From positions 91,256-155,255 of the forward strand of contig JANRJA010000077.1 in the NCBI GenBank assembly GCA_033764315.1: 64,000 bases of DNA, given 5' to 3'. The DNA comes from Oculatellaceae cyanobacterium bins.114 (GTDB lineage: Bacteria > Cyanobacteriota > Cyanobacteriia > Elainellales > Elainellaceae). The position numbers and the translations under genes are program-made. The notes beneath the pieces were generated by a model. The model saw only the letters and a program-made list of their open reading frames with translations. It was not told the origin of the DNA and made no database searches. Positions 19,689 to 30,440 of the stretch are shown piece after piece. Numbering within the stretch: the first letter of the stretch is position 1; every line of letters starts with the position of its first letter.

Positions 19689-21818
19689 TTAACTCAAATC
19701 TCTCTTGGCGATCGCCGCTTTAACGTTAGTTCGCGTAGGAGGATTTACACCTGAGAATAAGTAGAGATTACGATTACGAACCCTCAGATCAGAATGCTTA
19801 ACAGGAATCTCAATGACAAATGTTGAACCATGTCCTGGCTCTGACTCCACTCCCAAAAAACCCTGGTGCTGATTAACGATGGTTTGATAACTGACTGCCA
19901 ACCCTAACCCCGCTCCCTGACCTGTCTTTTTGGTTGTGAAGAAGGGTTCAAAAATTTTGGGTTGAATGTCGTAATCAATTCCGCAGCCATTGTCGGTGAT
20001 GGCAATTCGCACCCACGGCTGTTGAGTCACATCATGGCTGATGACTTCAGTTGTGATTTTAATAACTTTAGGATCAGGTTGAGGATGGTTTAGGGCTTCG
20101 ATCGCATTCATCAGCAAATTCATAAACACTTGGTTGAGTTGCCGAGGATAACACTCAACTCGTGGCAATTTGCCATAGTGCCGAACGATGTTGACATCAG
20201 CTTTAATATGGCTTTGCAATACCAATAATGTGTCGTCTAAACCGACATTTACATCAGCAACTTTACAATGCGCCTCATCCAATCGTGAAAAGCTGCGTAG
20301 CGACAGCACGATCTCACGGATGCGGTTAGCCCCAAACTGCATGGAGGTCAAGATGCGAGGCAAATCTTTGGTGAGAAAATCTAACTCAATTTCTCGCGTT
20401 AACTCTTTTAGCTCTTCCGAGGCTTGAGGACAATGACGCTCATAGGCATCGAGCAACCGCAACAAATCTTGCACATATTGCTCAACGTAGGGGATGTTGC
20501 CATAGATAAAGCTCACCGGATTGTTAATCTCGTGAGCAATTCCCGCAACCATTTGCCCTAAGCTCGACATTTTCTCACTTTGAATCAGTTGCGCCTGCAC
20601 ATGCTGCAAATGCTTTAGAGTTTCCGTCAAGCTCCTGGCGTGTTCAGCACTTTCAGCCGCTTGTTGGCGACTTTGGGCATACAGATGCGCTTGCTTAATC
20701 GAAATTGCTAACTGATCGGCAACTGCTTGCGCCAGTTTTTGATCATCGCGTGACCAATACCGCACATGAGAACACTGGTTTAAGTAGAGAATGGCTTGCA
20801 GGGTACCATTCGCTCTAACGGGCACAACTAGTGACGATTTGATCTGGGCCAGTCGATATTCAATATTGTCAGGACCAATCCGAGGATCTTGGGTAATATC
20901 GGGGATCACCACTTGCTGACGAGTCCGAATGACCCATTTTGTAATTGGCCCGTCTGTATTGAAGTCCCGAAATGCAGGTGGATAGGGGGAACGGCACACC
21001 TCAAACAGATGCTTGCGACGGAAAATAGTTTGATTAATTCCAGGTTCGTAATACTCTGAAGAGCTGTCGCAGTCGTCATCCAGATTTTCAACGAGATGCA
21101 CTAAACAGCGATCGGCGTCCAAAGCTTTTTGCAGGTGGGCGATCGCCTTGGTCAAAATGGTCTTTAGATCCAGGCTTTGCCGAGTTTGAGTGGTTATCTG
21201 GTTAATTAACTTTTCACGCTGTGCCTGCTGTTGCATTTGCTCATACAGTTGCGCCTGTCGCACAGCGATCTCTAAGCGTTGAGCAATCAGTTGAATAAAC
21301 TCAACCTCTGGGGCTGACCACTGACGGGGTTCATCGACCAGGCAAGCAATAAACCCAATTGATCGCTCTCGTCCCCGAACGGGAACCAATAAACTGGCTT
21401 TAGCACCAAAAATCTCGTGCGTGTGAACCGTCTGGGTGGGTGGTTGAATGAAGTGGTTCAACCAGCGTTCTAAACCAGAAACATGTCCGGCACTGATGAC
21501 GATCTCGCCACGATTGATTAAAGGAGCCGCTGAGCCTAACTTGTGTAGTGGGTGATCGCCCAAATGAGAGGGATGGTTGCTGTGCAACCGCTCACAAACA
21601 ACTTGTACTTGTTGACGATCTTTAAAGTGCCAAAAGAAAATGCAGCGATCGAGTTGCAGCAGCTCAGCAACTTCATCAACAGCAGTTTGCAGAACAACTT
21701 TGAGTTCTAATGATGTACGGATGCGATCGACAATCTTGCGAAGGAGGGCACTCTGCTGTGCAGGATTGCGAAACTGGTGGGTGAGCCAATTATTAGTCAG
21801 GGAGGAGAAGAAAGTCAC
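19689..21818 (-). CDS. GAF-GAF sensor histidine kinase
   Basis: Two GAF domains (IRTSLELKVVLQTAV..., TRQSLDLKTIL...), H-box AGIAHEINNP and HATPase boxes. Confidence 0.92.
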   Translation of the reverse strand: MTFFSSLTNNWLTHQFRNPAQQSALLRKIVDRIRTSLELKVVLQTAVDEVAELLQLDRCIFFWHFKDRQQVQVVCERLHSNHPSHLGDHPLHKLGSAAPLINRGEIVISAGHVSGLERWLNHFIQPPTQTVHTHEIFGAKASLLVPVRGRERSIGFIACLVDEPRQWSAPEVEFIQLIAQRLEIAVRQAQLYEQMQQQAQREKLINQITTQTRQSLDLKTILTKAIAHLQKALDADRCLVHLVENLDDDCDSSSEYYEPGINQTIFRRKHLFEVCRSPYPPAFRDFNTDGPITKWVIRTRQQVVIPDITQDPRIGPDNIEYRLAQIKSSLVVPVRANGTLQAILYLNQCSHVRYWSRDDQKLAQAVADQLAISIKQAHLYAQSRQQAAESAEHARSLTETLKHLQHVQAQLIQSEKMSSLGQMVAGIAHEINNPVSFIYGNIPYVEQYVQDLLRLLDAYERHCPQASEELKELTREIELDFLTKDLPRILTSMQFGANRIREIVLSLRSFSRLDEAHCKVADVNVGLDDTLLVLQSHIKADVNIVRHYGKLPRVECYPRQLNQVFMNLLMNAIEALNHPQPDPKVIKITTEVISHDVTQQPWVRIAITDNGCGIDYDIQPKIFEPFFTTKKTGQGAGLGLAVSYQTIVNQHQGFLGVESEPGHGSTFVIEIPVKHSDLRVRNRNLYLFSGVNPPTRTNVKAAIAKRDLS

Positions 21819-22456
21819 GGAGTTTGACCAGGAGTGATTTGACGCAGGTTAGTTACGACAACGCAACGTTTTCTAGTAGACTGCACCAACCTTGACACCA
21901 AACGATGAAACTCTCCGAAGGGAACACTGAGGCTAATTTGCATTGGGAAAACTCAGTATCCGTCACGATCCAAGGTAGCCATTCAGCAGGAAAGAACCAG
22001 AGATGAGGGAAAGATAAAGGCTACCTCAGTCTTGAGTCTCTTGCCCGTGCTTTTTTAGGGCTACCCGACTTAACTCTTTTGACCCTGTTCTATTTTTATA
22101 CCAGGCAACTCCGTAGGAACGATGAACTTTTCCCTTGCTTTACGGTTACTTCATCATTACTTCGCAGCAATCTAAAGGTTAGATGAATTGAAGTAGTTGA
22201 GACTACACAAAATCTCAGATTGAATCGGTTTACTGTTAGGAAAGCTAATCTTTAAGAAATTTGGAATGTAAGGAAATCTAAACAAAGTTTCTGAAAAATA
22301 GGTAAAGGGCGATCGCCCAAAAGGTTATACAACAAGGAATAAACTGATTTCAGGTAATTAGTTCAATCCCCAACATCTTCATTTAAAAAAATCGATTAAA
22401 CTCTTAAAAACCATCTTCTCCTTAAGTATTATTGCTCAGTTCATAAAATAGTTGCT

Positions 22457-23752
22457 ATGTCTTCTCAGCCCTTAGATTTGTTGTTACGTCATTGTTACTT
22501 GTTGCAGGTTGATCGCGTTGCTGAGGCAGTCGATATTGCCATTCAAGATGGCAAGATAGCGGCGATCGCGCCCCATATTCAGCAGTCCGCTCAATTAGAG
22601 CTTGATCTAGGGGGACAAGTGGTCAGCCCTCCCTTCGTCGAGTCCCATATTCACCTAGATTCGGTGATGACAGTCGGTGAACCTCGTTGGAATCAAAGCG
22701 GTACTTTGTTTGAAGGCATTGAGATTTGGCGGGAGCGCAAACAATCCCTCACATTGGAGGATGTCAAAGAACGAGCGATCGCCGCTCTAAAGCAACAGGC
22801 GATGCAGGGTGTTTTGTTTGTCCGGAGTCACGCTGATGTTAGTGAACAAACCCTGACAGCCCTAAAGGGCTTACTCGCCGCTCGCGAAGCGGTTAAAGAC
22901 TGGATCACGTTGCAGATCGTGGCATTTCCTCAAGATGGGGTATATGGCAGTCCCCAAAATGAGGCGTTACTAGAAGAAGCCCTGAAAATGGGAGCCGATG
23001 TGGTAGGCGGTATTCCTCACTATGAGTTGACTCGTGAAGATGGGGTGCGATCGGTTCATCGTATTTTTGAACTGGCACAGCAGTACGATCGCCTGATTGA
23101 CATCCACTGTGATGAGATTGATGATGACCAATCTCGTTTTCTTGAAGTCGTAGCGGCATGTGCCATTCGCACAGGGATGGGCTCTCGGGTCACTGCCAGT
23201 CACACTACTGCCTTTGGCTCTTACAACAATGCCTATGCGCTTAAGTTGCTAGGGTTTTTACAACGCACTCAACTCAATTTCATCGCTAATCCCCTCATTA
23301 ACATCACCTTACAAGGGCGAACTGACACCTATCCCAAACGGCGGGGTGTCACCCGAGTCAAAGAATTGTGGCAACAGGGCAGCAATGTCAGCTTAGGGCA
23401 TGACTGCATTCAAGACCCCTGGTATTCTCTGGGAACAGGCAATATGTTGGATGTTGCTAATATGGCAGTGCATGTTTGCCAGATGACAGGCACGTCAGAA
23501 ATTGACGCCTGCTACAACATGGTGACGTGGCAGGGAGCCAAAACCCTACACATTGAGGACCAATATGGAGTTGAGGTGGGCAAGTCTGCCAACTTGATTG
23601 TGCTAGACACAAACGTTCCCTCCGTTACCCCAGAGCGACTGCGCTATGACACTATTCGACGACGAGCTACCATTCGTTATGTGATCTCGCAAGGAAAACT
23701 ATTGGCTCACACTGAACCTCCTCAGTCCCAGTGGAAAGGAGAATGGCTCTAG
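22457..23752 (+). CDS. codA: Cytosine deaminase (amidohydrolase family)
   Basis: PPFVESHIHLD, QIVAFPQDG, DIHCDE, ASHTTA and GHDCIQDPW. Confidence 0.92.
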   Translation: MSSQPLDLLLRHCYLLQVDRVAEAVDIAIQDGKIAAIAPHIQQSAQLELDLGGQVVSPPFVESHIHLDSVMTVGEPRWNQSGTLFEGIEIWRERKQSLTLEDVKERAIAALKQQAMQGVLFVRSHADVSEQTLTALKGLLAAREAVKDWITLQIVAFPQDGVYGSPQNEALLEEALKMGADVVGGIPHYELTREDGVRSVHRIFELAQQYDRLIDIHCDEIDDDQSRFLEVVAACAIRTGMGSRVTASHTTAFGSYNNAYALKLLGFLQRTQLNFIANPLINITLQGRTDTYPKRRGVTRVKELWQQGSNVSLGHDCIQDPWYSLGTGNMLDVANMAVHVCQMTGTSEIDACYNMVTWQGAKTLHIEDQYGVEVGKSANLIVLDTNVPSVTPERLRYDTIRRRATIRYVISQGKLLAHTEPPQSQWKGEWL

Positions 23753-24402
23753 CGACCTAAATCGTGCAAAGCGTGAATTGCATCAACACATTGCTGAGTT
23801 ACGGCTGCCAATTCTTCCCGTTGAGTCGAGTGAGGAGGGGCAATTAACTGCCCCACTCGAACCGTTACTGGGACAGGTCGGGGCAAAAAACTCCCTTTAG
23901 AGACAATTCGATGAGTGCCCCATAGACTGACGGGTAATAGAGGTACCTGAGCTTTTGCTGCAACCATCGCAGCACCCAACTTGGCAGAGGGAATGCGCCC
24001 ATCAGGAGTACGGGTGCCCGACAGGAAGATGCCCACTGCCCAGCCTGCCTCTAATTGAGCCAAAGCTGCTCGAATGGCACTGCGATCGGGAGACCCACGC
24101 TTGACAGGATAAGCTCCATAGAGCCGGATCGCTTGCCTTAAACCTGGAACTCGAAATAATTCCTCTTTTGCCATATATGACACAGGGCGACGCATGCAGA
24201 CAGATAACAATGGGGGATCAAAATCGCTGGCATGATTTGCCACGACGATTAAAGGGCCATTGTGGGGAATATGCTCTAACCCGTGCGATCGCCCTCGAAA
24301 ATAAACTTGCAGCATTGGAGCAATCACCAACCACTTGAGTAAGTGATAGAGTTGCAAGCTCAACCAGGGTTCACGACGATTGCCCATAGGAGTATCAATC
24401 AA
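23749..24402 (-). CDS. plsC: 1-acyl-sn-glycerol-3-phosphate acyltransferase
   Basis: NHASDFD (HX4D), MAKEELF and GTR; last gene of the plsX-fabH-fabD operon. Confidence 0.92.
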   Translation of the reverse strand: MIDTPMGNRREPWLSLQLYHLLKWLVIAPMLQVYFRGRSHGLEHIPHNGPLIVVANHASDFDPPLLSVCMRRPVSYMAKEELFRVPGLRQAIRLYGAYPVKRGSPDRSAIRAALAQLEAGWAVGIFLSGTRTPDGRIPSAKLGAAMVAAKAQVPLLPVSLWGTHRIVSKGSFLPRPVPVTVRVGQLIAPPHSTQREELAAVTQQCVDAIHALHDLGR

Positions 24403-24429
24403 ATCTTAGGATGCTTTCGAGTGAGTAGA

Positions 24430-25317
24430 TTATAGTTCCAAAGCATCTAACGCAGAGAGACTACTGACATTGATCAGAGTTAAAGGGCATGTCCGCTTAA
24501 TTAAGCCAGTTAAAACGTTACCAGGGCCAACTTCAATGACTTGCTCGACTCCCTCGTCTGCCAGTTGTAAGGAGATCTCTCGCCACCGAACTGAGCCAGT
24601 CATTTGACGAGTTAGCCGATCCTTAAGCGTCGCCGCATCGCTAGCGGGGGTCGGGTCTACGTTTGAAAGGACAGGAACCTGAGCATCGGCAAAGGCAATT
24701 GGTTCTAGCACAGTTTGAAATTCAGTCGCCGCAGGTGCCATCAAAGGTGAATGAAATGCCCCACTGACGTTGAGTTTGACGGCTCGTTTGGCTTTGACTT
24801 GCGACAACACACTATCTACCCCTTCGGCAGTGCCAGAAATCACAACCTGTCCTGGATTGTTGTCATTGGCTAAGACGACAGCAGGGGTCTGCTGAATTTT
24901 CTGTTCTAACTCTGTGCGATCAAACCCCATCAAAGCTGCCATGACTCCCTCAGAGGCGTGATCCATTAACTCAGCCCGACGTTTGACCAGACGTAATCCT
25001 GTTTCAAAGTCAAAAACTCCAGCGGCATAGAGCGCACCATATTCACCCAAACTATGACCAGCCACCAGGTCAGGGGTATAGCCGCGCGATCGCAATACAT
25101 CGACTAGCAAACTTTCAACCGTATAGAGACAGGGTTGGGTATAAAGCGTTTTAGACACTTTATCTTCTTCGCTTTGGCAGACCTCTGCCACCGACCAACC
25201 CAAAATTTGCGTTGCTGACTCTAATTTGGCTTGAGCCTCTGGTAACGCAAACAAATCTGCTCCCATACCAACGGCTTGAGAGCCTTGCCCTGGAAACACC
25301 CACGCTGTTTTAGTCAT
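24430..25317 (-). CDS. fabD: Malonyl-CoA:ACP transacylase
   Basis: VFPGQGSQ, GHSLGEY and SGAFHS; start at MTKTAW. Confidence 0.96.
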   Translation of the reverse strand: MTKTAWVFPGQGSQAVGMGADLFALPEAQAKLESATQILGWSVAEVCQSEEDKVSKTLYTQPCLYTVESLLVDVLRSRGYTPDLVAGHSLGEYGALYAAGVFDFETGLRLVKRRAELMDHASEGVMAALMGFDRTELEQKIQQTPAVVLANDNNPGQVVISGTAEGVDSVLSQVKAKRAVKLNVSGAFHSPLMAPAATEFQTVLEPIAFADAQVPVLSNVDPTPASDAATLKDRLTRQMTGSVRWREISLQLADEGVEQVIEVGPGNVLTGLIKRTCPLTLINVSSLSALDALEL

Positions 25318-25331
25318 GCCAATCTCGTTCC

Positions 25332-26336
25332 TTATCTGCCCCATTTAAACACTGCTGCACCCCATGTCAGTCCTGCGCCAAAGCCAGAAGCAGCAATGAC
25401 ATCTCCAGGCTGAATTTTGCCTTGGCGAACTGCTTCATTCAGGGCAAGCGGAATCGAGGCAGCAGAGGTATTGCCGTAGTCTGCCATATTACTCAAGACT
25501 TTGTGGTCAGGAATCGTGAGTCGTTGAGCAACGGCATCTAGAATGCGTTGATTAGCTTGATGGAGAAGGAGCCAATCCACTTGATCGACGGTGAGATTTG
25601 CCCGAAATAGGGCTTTTTCTATCACTTCAGGAACTCGCTTGACCGCAAAACGATAAACTTCTTGACCATTCATCGTGATGGTTTGAAACGTGCCCTGACC
25701 AATGGTAATGGTTTCAGTGAGGGGTTTAGGTTCTGGCTGATAAGCCAGATTTAGTAAATTATGTTGAGTGCCATCACTCCGCAGCTCAAACCCCAACAGG
25801 CGATCGCTTGTGTGAGCTTGCAGCACAACGGCTCCTGCTCCGTCTCCAAATAACACACAGGTGCGGCGATCGCTCCAATCGGTCCAACGAGATAAAACAT
25901 CAGCTCCGATTAGCAAGACCGTTTTATAGGCCCCTGTGCGAATGAACTGAGCCGCTGTCACCAGCCCAAACACAAATCCTGAGCAAGCAGCCGTTAAATC
26001 AAATGCCACTGCTGCTGTCGCCCCCAAAGCTCCCTGAATTTGGCTAGCGGTGCCAAACAAATCATCAGGCGTGGATGTCGCCAAAATAATTAGATCGACA
26101 TCTAAGGGAGTCAGACCTGCCATCTCCAGAGCTTGCTGGGCTGCTGTAGTGGCGATCGCCTTGAGGGAGGTTTGTGGGTCAGCCAAACGCCGCCGCCGAA
26201 TGCCTGTGCGAGAGGCAATCCACTCATCAGATGTTTCAACAATCTGACTTAAGCCATCGTTGTCTAAGGAGGTAGATGGTGCGGCAGAACCGCAGCCAGT
26301 GATGGCGACCCCTAATCCTAGTTGTTGTTGCGGCAT
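25332..26336 (-). CDS. fabH: 3-oxoacyl-ACP synthase III
   Basis: AACSGF, HQAN and GNTSAAS catalytic triad. Confidence 0.96.
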   Translation of the reverse strand: MPQQQLGLGVAITGCGSAAPSTSLDNDGLSQIVETSDEWIASRTGIRRRRLADPQTSLKAIATTAAQQALEMAGLTPLDVDLIILATSTPDDLFGTASQIQGALGATAAVAFDLTAACSGFVFGLVTAAQFIRTGAYKTVLLIGADVLSRWTDWSDRRTCVLFGDGAGAVVLQAHTSDRLLGFELRSDGTQHNLLNLAYQPEPKPLTETITIGQGTFQTITMNGQEVYRFAVKRVPEVIEKALFRANLTVDQVDWLLLHQANQRILDAVAQRLTIPDHKVLSNMADYGNTSAASIPLALNEAVRQGKIQPGDVIAASGFGAGLTWGAAVFKWGR

Positions 26337-27374
26337 CTACTCACCACTCTCTGTCGTCGCAGTCGTCACATTGTCATACTGAGACCGGATGCGTTCCAGG
26401 ACTCGATGATCTACGGCCTCTTTAGCAAAGCGAACCGCATTAAAGATCGAAGGTGCCTGTGAGCTGCCATGACTAATAATGCAGATTCCTGCCACTCCCA
26501 GCAGCAGTCCTCCACCGTGCTCAGCATGGTCAATGCGTTGTTTAATTCGACGCAGATTAGGTTTTAAGAAAGCCGTCCCAATTCGGCCACGGATTCCCTG
26601 AGGAAGTTCTTCCCGCAAGATTTGCAGCAAGACCTCACCCATTGCCTCAGCAAATTTGAGCAACACATTCCCAACAAAACCATCACAGACGACCACATCA
26701 AAGTGACCCGTTAGCACATCCCGCCCCTCAGCATTACCCACAAAGGTAATCTGAGAATTGTTTTGTAACAATTCATGGGTGCGTAGGGCTAAATCATTTC
26801 CCTTGGATGGCTCTTCACCAATATTAAGTAACCCCACCTTGGGCTCGTCGATCTCCAAAACGTATTTGGAATAGACGGTGCCCATAACCGCAAACTGTTC
26901 TAAAAACTTTGGACGACAATCGACATTTGCCCCGACATCCAAAACTAAAACAGGTTTACCTGCCACCATCGTTGGCAACACTGTGCCGATAGCAGGGCGA
27001 TCAATTCCAGGTAAGCGACCTAACCGCAGCAAAGCTGAAGCCATTGCTGCGCCTGAATGACCCGCAGAAACAACGGCATCTGCCCGTTTCTGCTTGACTA
27101 AATCCATTGCGACATTAATAGACGCTTTTGGTTTACGCCTGAGTGCACCTAGAGGCTCTTCATGCATCTCAACCACTCCATCAGATGGCACGATTTCCAT
27201 CTGAATTGAGGAGTTGTGATGCTTCATACAGGCTTCAATCTGTTGGGGATCACCCACCAGCAAAACCTCTACCCCTAGCTCTTGCTGTGCTCTTAATGCG
27301 CCAGCAACTATTTCAGTGGGGGCGTAGTCCCCTCCCATCGCATCTACCGCGATCCGTGCCCGAGTTGATCCCAT
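26337..27374 (-). CDS. plsX: Phosphate acyltransferase PlsX
   Basis: IAVDAMGGD, LDVGANVD, NIGEE and CDGFVGN. Confidence 0.96.
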   Translation of the reverse strand: MGSTRARIAVDAMGGDYAPTEIVAGALRAQQELGVEVLLVGDPQQIEACMKHHNSSIQMEIVPSDGVVEMHEEPLGALRRKPKASINVAMDLVKQKRADAVVSAGHSGAAMASALLRLGRLPGIDRPAIGTVLPTMVAGKPVLVLDVGANVDCRPKFLEQFAVMGTVYSKYVLEIDEPKVGLLNIGEEPSKGNDLALRTHELLQNNSQITFVGNAEGRDVLTGHFDVVVCDGFVGNVLLKFAEAMGEVLLQILREELPQGIRGRIGTAFLKPNLRRIKQRIDHAEHGGGLLLGVAGICIISHGSSQAPSIFNAVRFAKEAVDHRVLERIRSQYDNVTTATTESGE

Positions 27375-27558
27375 TGATCAAAGTTATAGAAACCTCAAAG
27401 ATTTTATCAGATGGACTCTACTCATGACGGTGAAGCTTGAAGGATGGACTTAGGATTTTTTATCTTTATCGCCAAAATAATCCTCACAACCGTTCAAAAT
27501 CAACGATCCATCCCTATAATCCGTATTCTTGAGAAGACATCTGAGTTTTTGCCAAACG

Positions 27559-28287
27559 CTATTCTTCTCCGGGTGGAACGATGCGCTGGAAGGAATAACC
27601 CGTCCCTCTCGCCGTTAGAATCAGTTCTGGATTGCTGGGATCATCTTCTAACTTGGCTCGTAGTCGAGAAATATGGACATCGACGACTCGTGTATCGACA
27701 TGCCGCTCAGGGGTATAGCCCCATACCTCTTGTAAAATTTCGGAACGAGAAAAAGGCTCACCCGATCGACTTACTAGCAATTCCAGCAAGCTAAATTCCA
27801 TACCAGTCAAGCGAATACGCTCATCTCCCTTATAAACTTGACGCTTATTCGTATCAATCCGAATGGTATTGATTTGAATCACGCCTGAGCTAGGAATACC
27901 AGTCGTGCCAACTTTTTCAACTCGTCGCAGCACCGAGCGAATTCGAGCTTCTAATTCTTTAGGAGAGAAGGGCTTAACCACATAATCGTCTGCGCCCAAC
28001 TCTAAACCCGTGATCCGGTCTGCCACATCGCCCAAGGCAGTGAGCATAATGATGGGTACGTCTGACTCTTTGCGAAGCTCTTGGCAGACCCCATAGCCAT
28101 CGAGTTTGGGCATCATCACGTCCAGTACTACCAAATCGGGGTCAGCATGACGAAATGTTTCGAGTGCTTCTTCACCATCTGCGGCAGTCACAACGTCATA
28201 GCCGATCATTGAGAGGCGCGTTTCAAGGATGCGGCGGATGCTTGCTTCATCATCTACAACTAGGATCTTTTCTTTTTGACTGTCCAA
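27559..28287 (-). CDS. rpaB: OmpR-family response regulator RpaB (Ycf27)
   Basis: KILVVDDEASIRRILETRLSMIGY ... DDPSNPELILTARGTGY; TTG start at 28287 after AAGGAG. Confidence 0.95.
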   Translation of the reverse strand: MDSQKEKILVVDDEASIRRILETRLSMIGYDVVTAADGEEALETFRHADPDLVVLDVMMPKLDGYGVCQELRKESDVPIIMLTALGDVADRITGLELGADDYVVKPFSPKELEARIRSVLRRVEKVGTTGIPSSGVIQINTIRIDTNKRQVYKGDERIRLTGMEFSLLELLVSRSGEPFSRSEILQEVWGYTPERHVDTRVVDVHISRLRAKLEDDPSNPELILTARGTGYSFQRIVPPGEE

Positions 28288-28632
28288 TTTACTTAACACT
28301 CCTTAAAGTGATTTCGCGATATTAAATTTATCCACTTTATCATTAAGATATTACCCCATCCAAATAGTATAGGAACGCCAAACTTGCCACTATAACTACG
28401 CTTCAGAGTTTTTTAAGATTTGATCGGTTTTCTTCAGTTATTTAAACGAATTCAGAGTAGTGTTGCTCCTAAATTTAGGGATGATTTGCCCAAAATATCT
28501 TTAGTTTTGATTCCTAAAACGTTTCATTGTAAACCTCGATCCTGTTTTCTATAAAGCAATTTTTCTATCGTGTTAATAGTTAGGATTGCTATCTTCCAGC
28601 CTTTTATTGGATGAATAAATTGGGATTAACGC

Positions 28633-30117
28633 ATGCCAAAATTGCGATCGCTCTATGTCTGCAATCAGTGCGGGGCAGAATCTCCCCAATATTTTGGGCG
28701 ATGCCCGTTTTGTAGTAGTTGGAACTCAATGGTAGAGCAGGTTGCCTCCTCGACTCTAGCAACTCCAAGTCGCGCTAGTACTGCCGCCGCCGCACGCGCA
28801 ACGAGTAAAGCTCGCAGCGGTTCTGGGCAAAATACCCCCCCTCAGGCGATCGCCGCTCTGACCCTACCCGAAATTACCGATCATCCTCAAATTCGCTTAC
28901 CTTCTAGCTATGTTGAGCTTGATCGGGTGTTGGGCGGAGGCATTGTGCCAGGTTCCCTGGTTCTCATTGGGGGCGATCCGGGCATTGGTAAATCTACATT
29001 GCTGCTCCAAGTGGCAACTCGGTTGGCTGGGCAATATCGAGTTCTCTATGTCTGTGCCGAAGAATCGGGGCAGCAGGTCAAACTCAGAGCACAGCGGATT
29101 GGTGTGACAGCAAAAGAAAAGAAAGAAGGAAAAGAAACAATAGAAGGCTCAAAGCCAGCCTCTTCTAGTTTGTATTTGATGCCGGAGACCGATCTAGAGA
29201 CCGTATTGCTGGAGTTAGAGTCATTGCGCCCACAAGTTGCCGTGATTGATAGCATTCAGGCCCTCTATTTTGCAGCATTAAACTCGGCTCCGGGTTCCGT
29301 GGCTCAGGTGCGAGAATGTACGTCAGCGTTGATGCAGGTAGCCAAACGAGAGCATATCACCCTGTTTATTGTGGGGCATGTCACCAAAGAAGGGGCGATC
29401 GCCGGGCCAAAAGTACTAGAACACCTAGTAGATACCGTCCTTTATTTTGAGGGCGATCGCTTTGCCAGTCATCGACTGTTGCGATCGGTCAAAAATCGTT
29501 TTGGTGCAACCCATGAACTGGGAGTATTTGAAATGGTCGATCGCGGTTTAGAGGAAGTGCTCAACCCCTCTGAGTTGTTCTTGGGCAATCGCAACGAACA
29601 CAGCTCTGGTACGGCCACCATTGTTGCCTGTGAGGGGACTCGTCCTCTGGTAGTAGAGTTGCAAGCGTTAGTCAGCCCGACTAGCTATGCGTCACCTCGT
29701 CGCTCTACAACAGGCATTGAATACAATCGCTTTCTGCAAATCTTAGCGGTGTTAGAAAAGCGCGTTGGCATTCCTCTATCTAAGCTAGATGCCTACGTCT
29801 CCTCCTCTGGGGGGTTAAATGTGGGAGAACCTGCCGCTGACTTGGGAGTCGCGATCGCGGTTGCTGCCAGTTTTCGCGATCGCGTAGTGGATCCGGGGAC
29901 GGTCTTAATTGGTGAAGTCGGTTTAGGGGGGCAAGTTCGTTCGGTGTCACAGTTAGAGCTACGCCTCAAGGAAGCTGCCAAATTGGGGTTTAAGCGAGCG
30001 ATCGTGCCTGCCCATCAAAATGGCGTTAGCTCAGAGTTAGAGGTGATCCCTGTGGCACGGGTGGTGGATGCGATCGCCACTGCTCTATCAGGAAGTACTG
30101 CTGAGACAGAGGAATAG
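28633..30117 (+). CDS. radA: DNA repair protein RadA/Sms
   Basis: C4 zinc finger (CNQC..CPFC), GDPGIGKST, KNRFG and a Lon-like C-terminus. Confidence 0.96.
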   Translation: MPKLRSLYVCNQCGAESPQYFGRCPFCSSWNSMVEQVASSTLATPSRASTAAAARATSKARSGSGQNTPPQAIAALTLPEITDHPQIRLPSSYVELDRVLGGGIVPGSLVLIGGDPGIGKSTLLLQVATRLAGQYRVLYVCAEESGQQVKLRAQRIGVTAKEKKEGKETIEGSKPASSSLYLMPETDLETVLLELESLRPQVAVIDSIQALYFAALNSAPGSVAQVRECTSALMQVAKREHITLFIVGHVTKEGAIAGPKVLEHLVDTVLYFEGDRFASHRLLRSVKNRFGATHELGVFEMVDRGLEEVLNPSELFLGNRNEHSSGTATIVACEGTRPLVVELQALVSPTSYASPRRSTTGIEYNRFLQILAVLEKRVGIPLSKLDAYVSSSGGLNVGEPAADLGVAIAVAASFRDRVVDPGTVLIGEVGLGGQVRSVSQLELRLKEAAKLGFKRAIVPAHQNGVSSELEVIPVARVVDAIATALSGSTAETEE

Positions 30118-30124
30118 GTGGTTT

Positions 30125-30289
30125 AACGTGAATTCGAGATAAGGATTTTGGCGGTTGAAACCGCAACTACAGGAGCAAAACCGACCTGCGTCGGTTCACT
30201 CAATCCTTGATTCTCCGTAGTTCGCGAAGGCGAACTTTGCTCTGATAGCTGCGAATTTATTCGCTAGGCTCTTAAACCGAACTGACGTT
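30125..30289. mobile_element. 165-bp MITE-like element with imperfect TIRs and a 5-bp flanking direct repeat
   Basis: Ends AACGTGAATTCGAGATAAG and CTTAAACCGAACTGACGTT are 14/19 complementary. GGTTT flanks both sides (30120-30124, 30290-30294). Four internal hairpins. Confidence 0.7.
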
Positions 30290-30335
30290 GGTTTAATACT
30301 ATTGCTAAAAATCTGGACTACACATCAATATCTTC

Positions 30336-30363
30336 GTAGGGATGTTTCGCGAAATGCCCCTAC
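30336..30363. repeat. REP-like GTAG...CTAC hairpin
   Basis: GTAGGGATGTTTCGCGAAATGCCCCTAC. Confidence 0.65.
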
Positions 30364-30371
30364 TGCTGATC

Positions 30372-30440
30372 TATAGCAATCCAATATGGGGTGCGACTCT
30401 CACAACCTCCTAATTTCACAAATGATTTAGGACTGCTATA
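30372..30440 (-). mobile_element. Internally deleted copy of the TATAGC-ended MITE at 47083-47175
   Basis: Its reverse complement begins TATAGCAGTCCTAAATCATTTGTGAAATTAGGAGGTTGTGAGAGTCGCACCCC, identical to 47083 onward, and ends GGATTGCTATA. Confidence 0.8.

Noticed and set aside
19689-21818. Cyanobacteriochrome photoreceptor
   Set aside because: Neither GAF shows the bilin-binding Asp motif plus CH/CY Cys.
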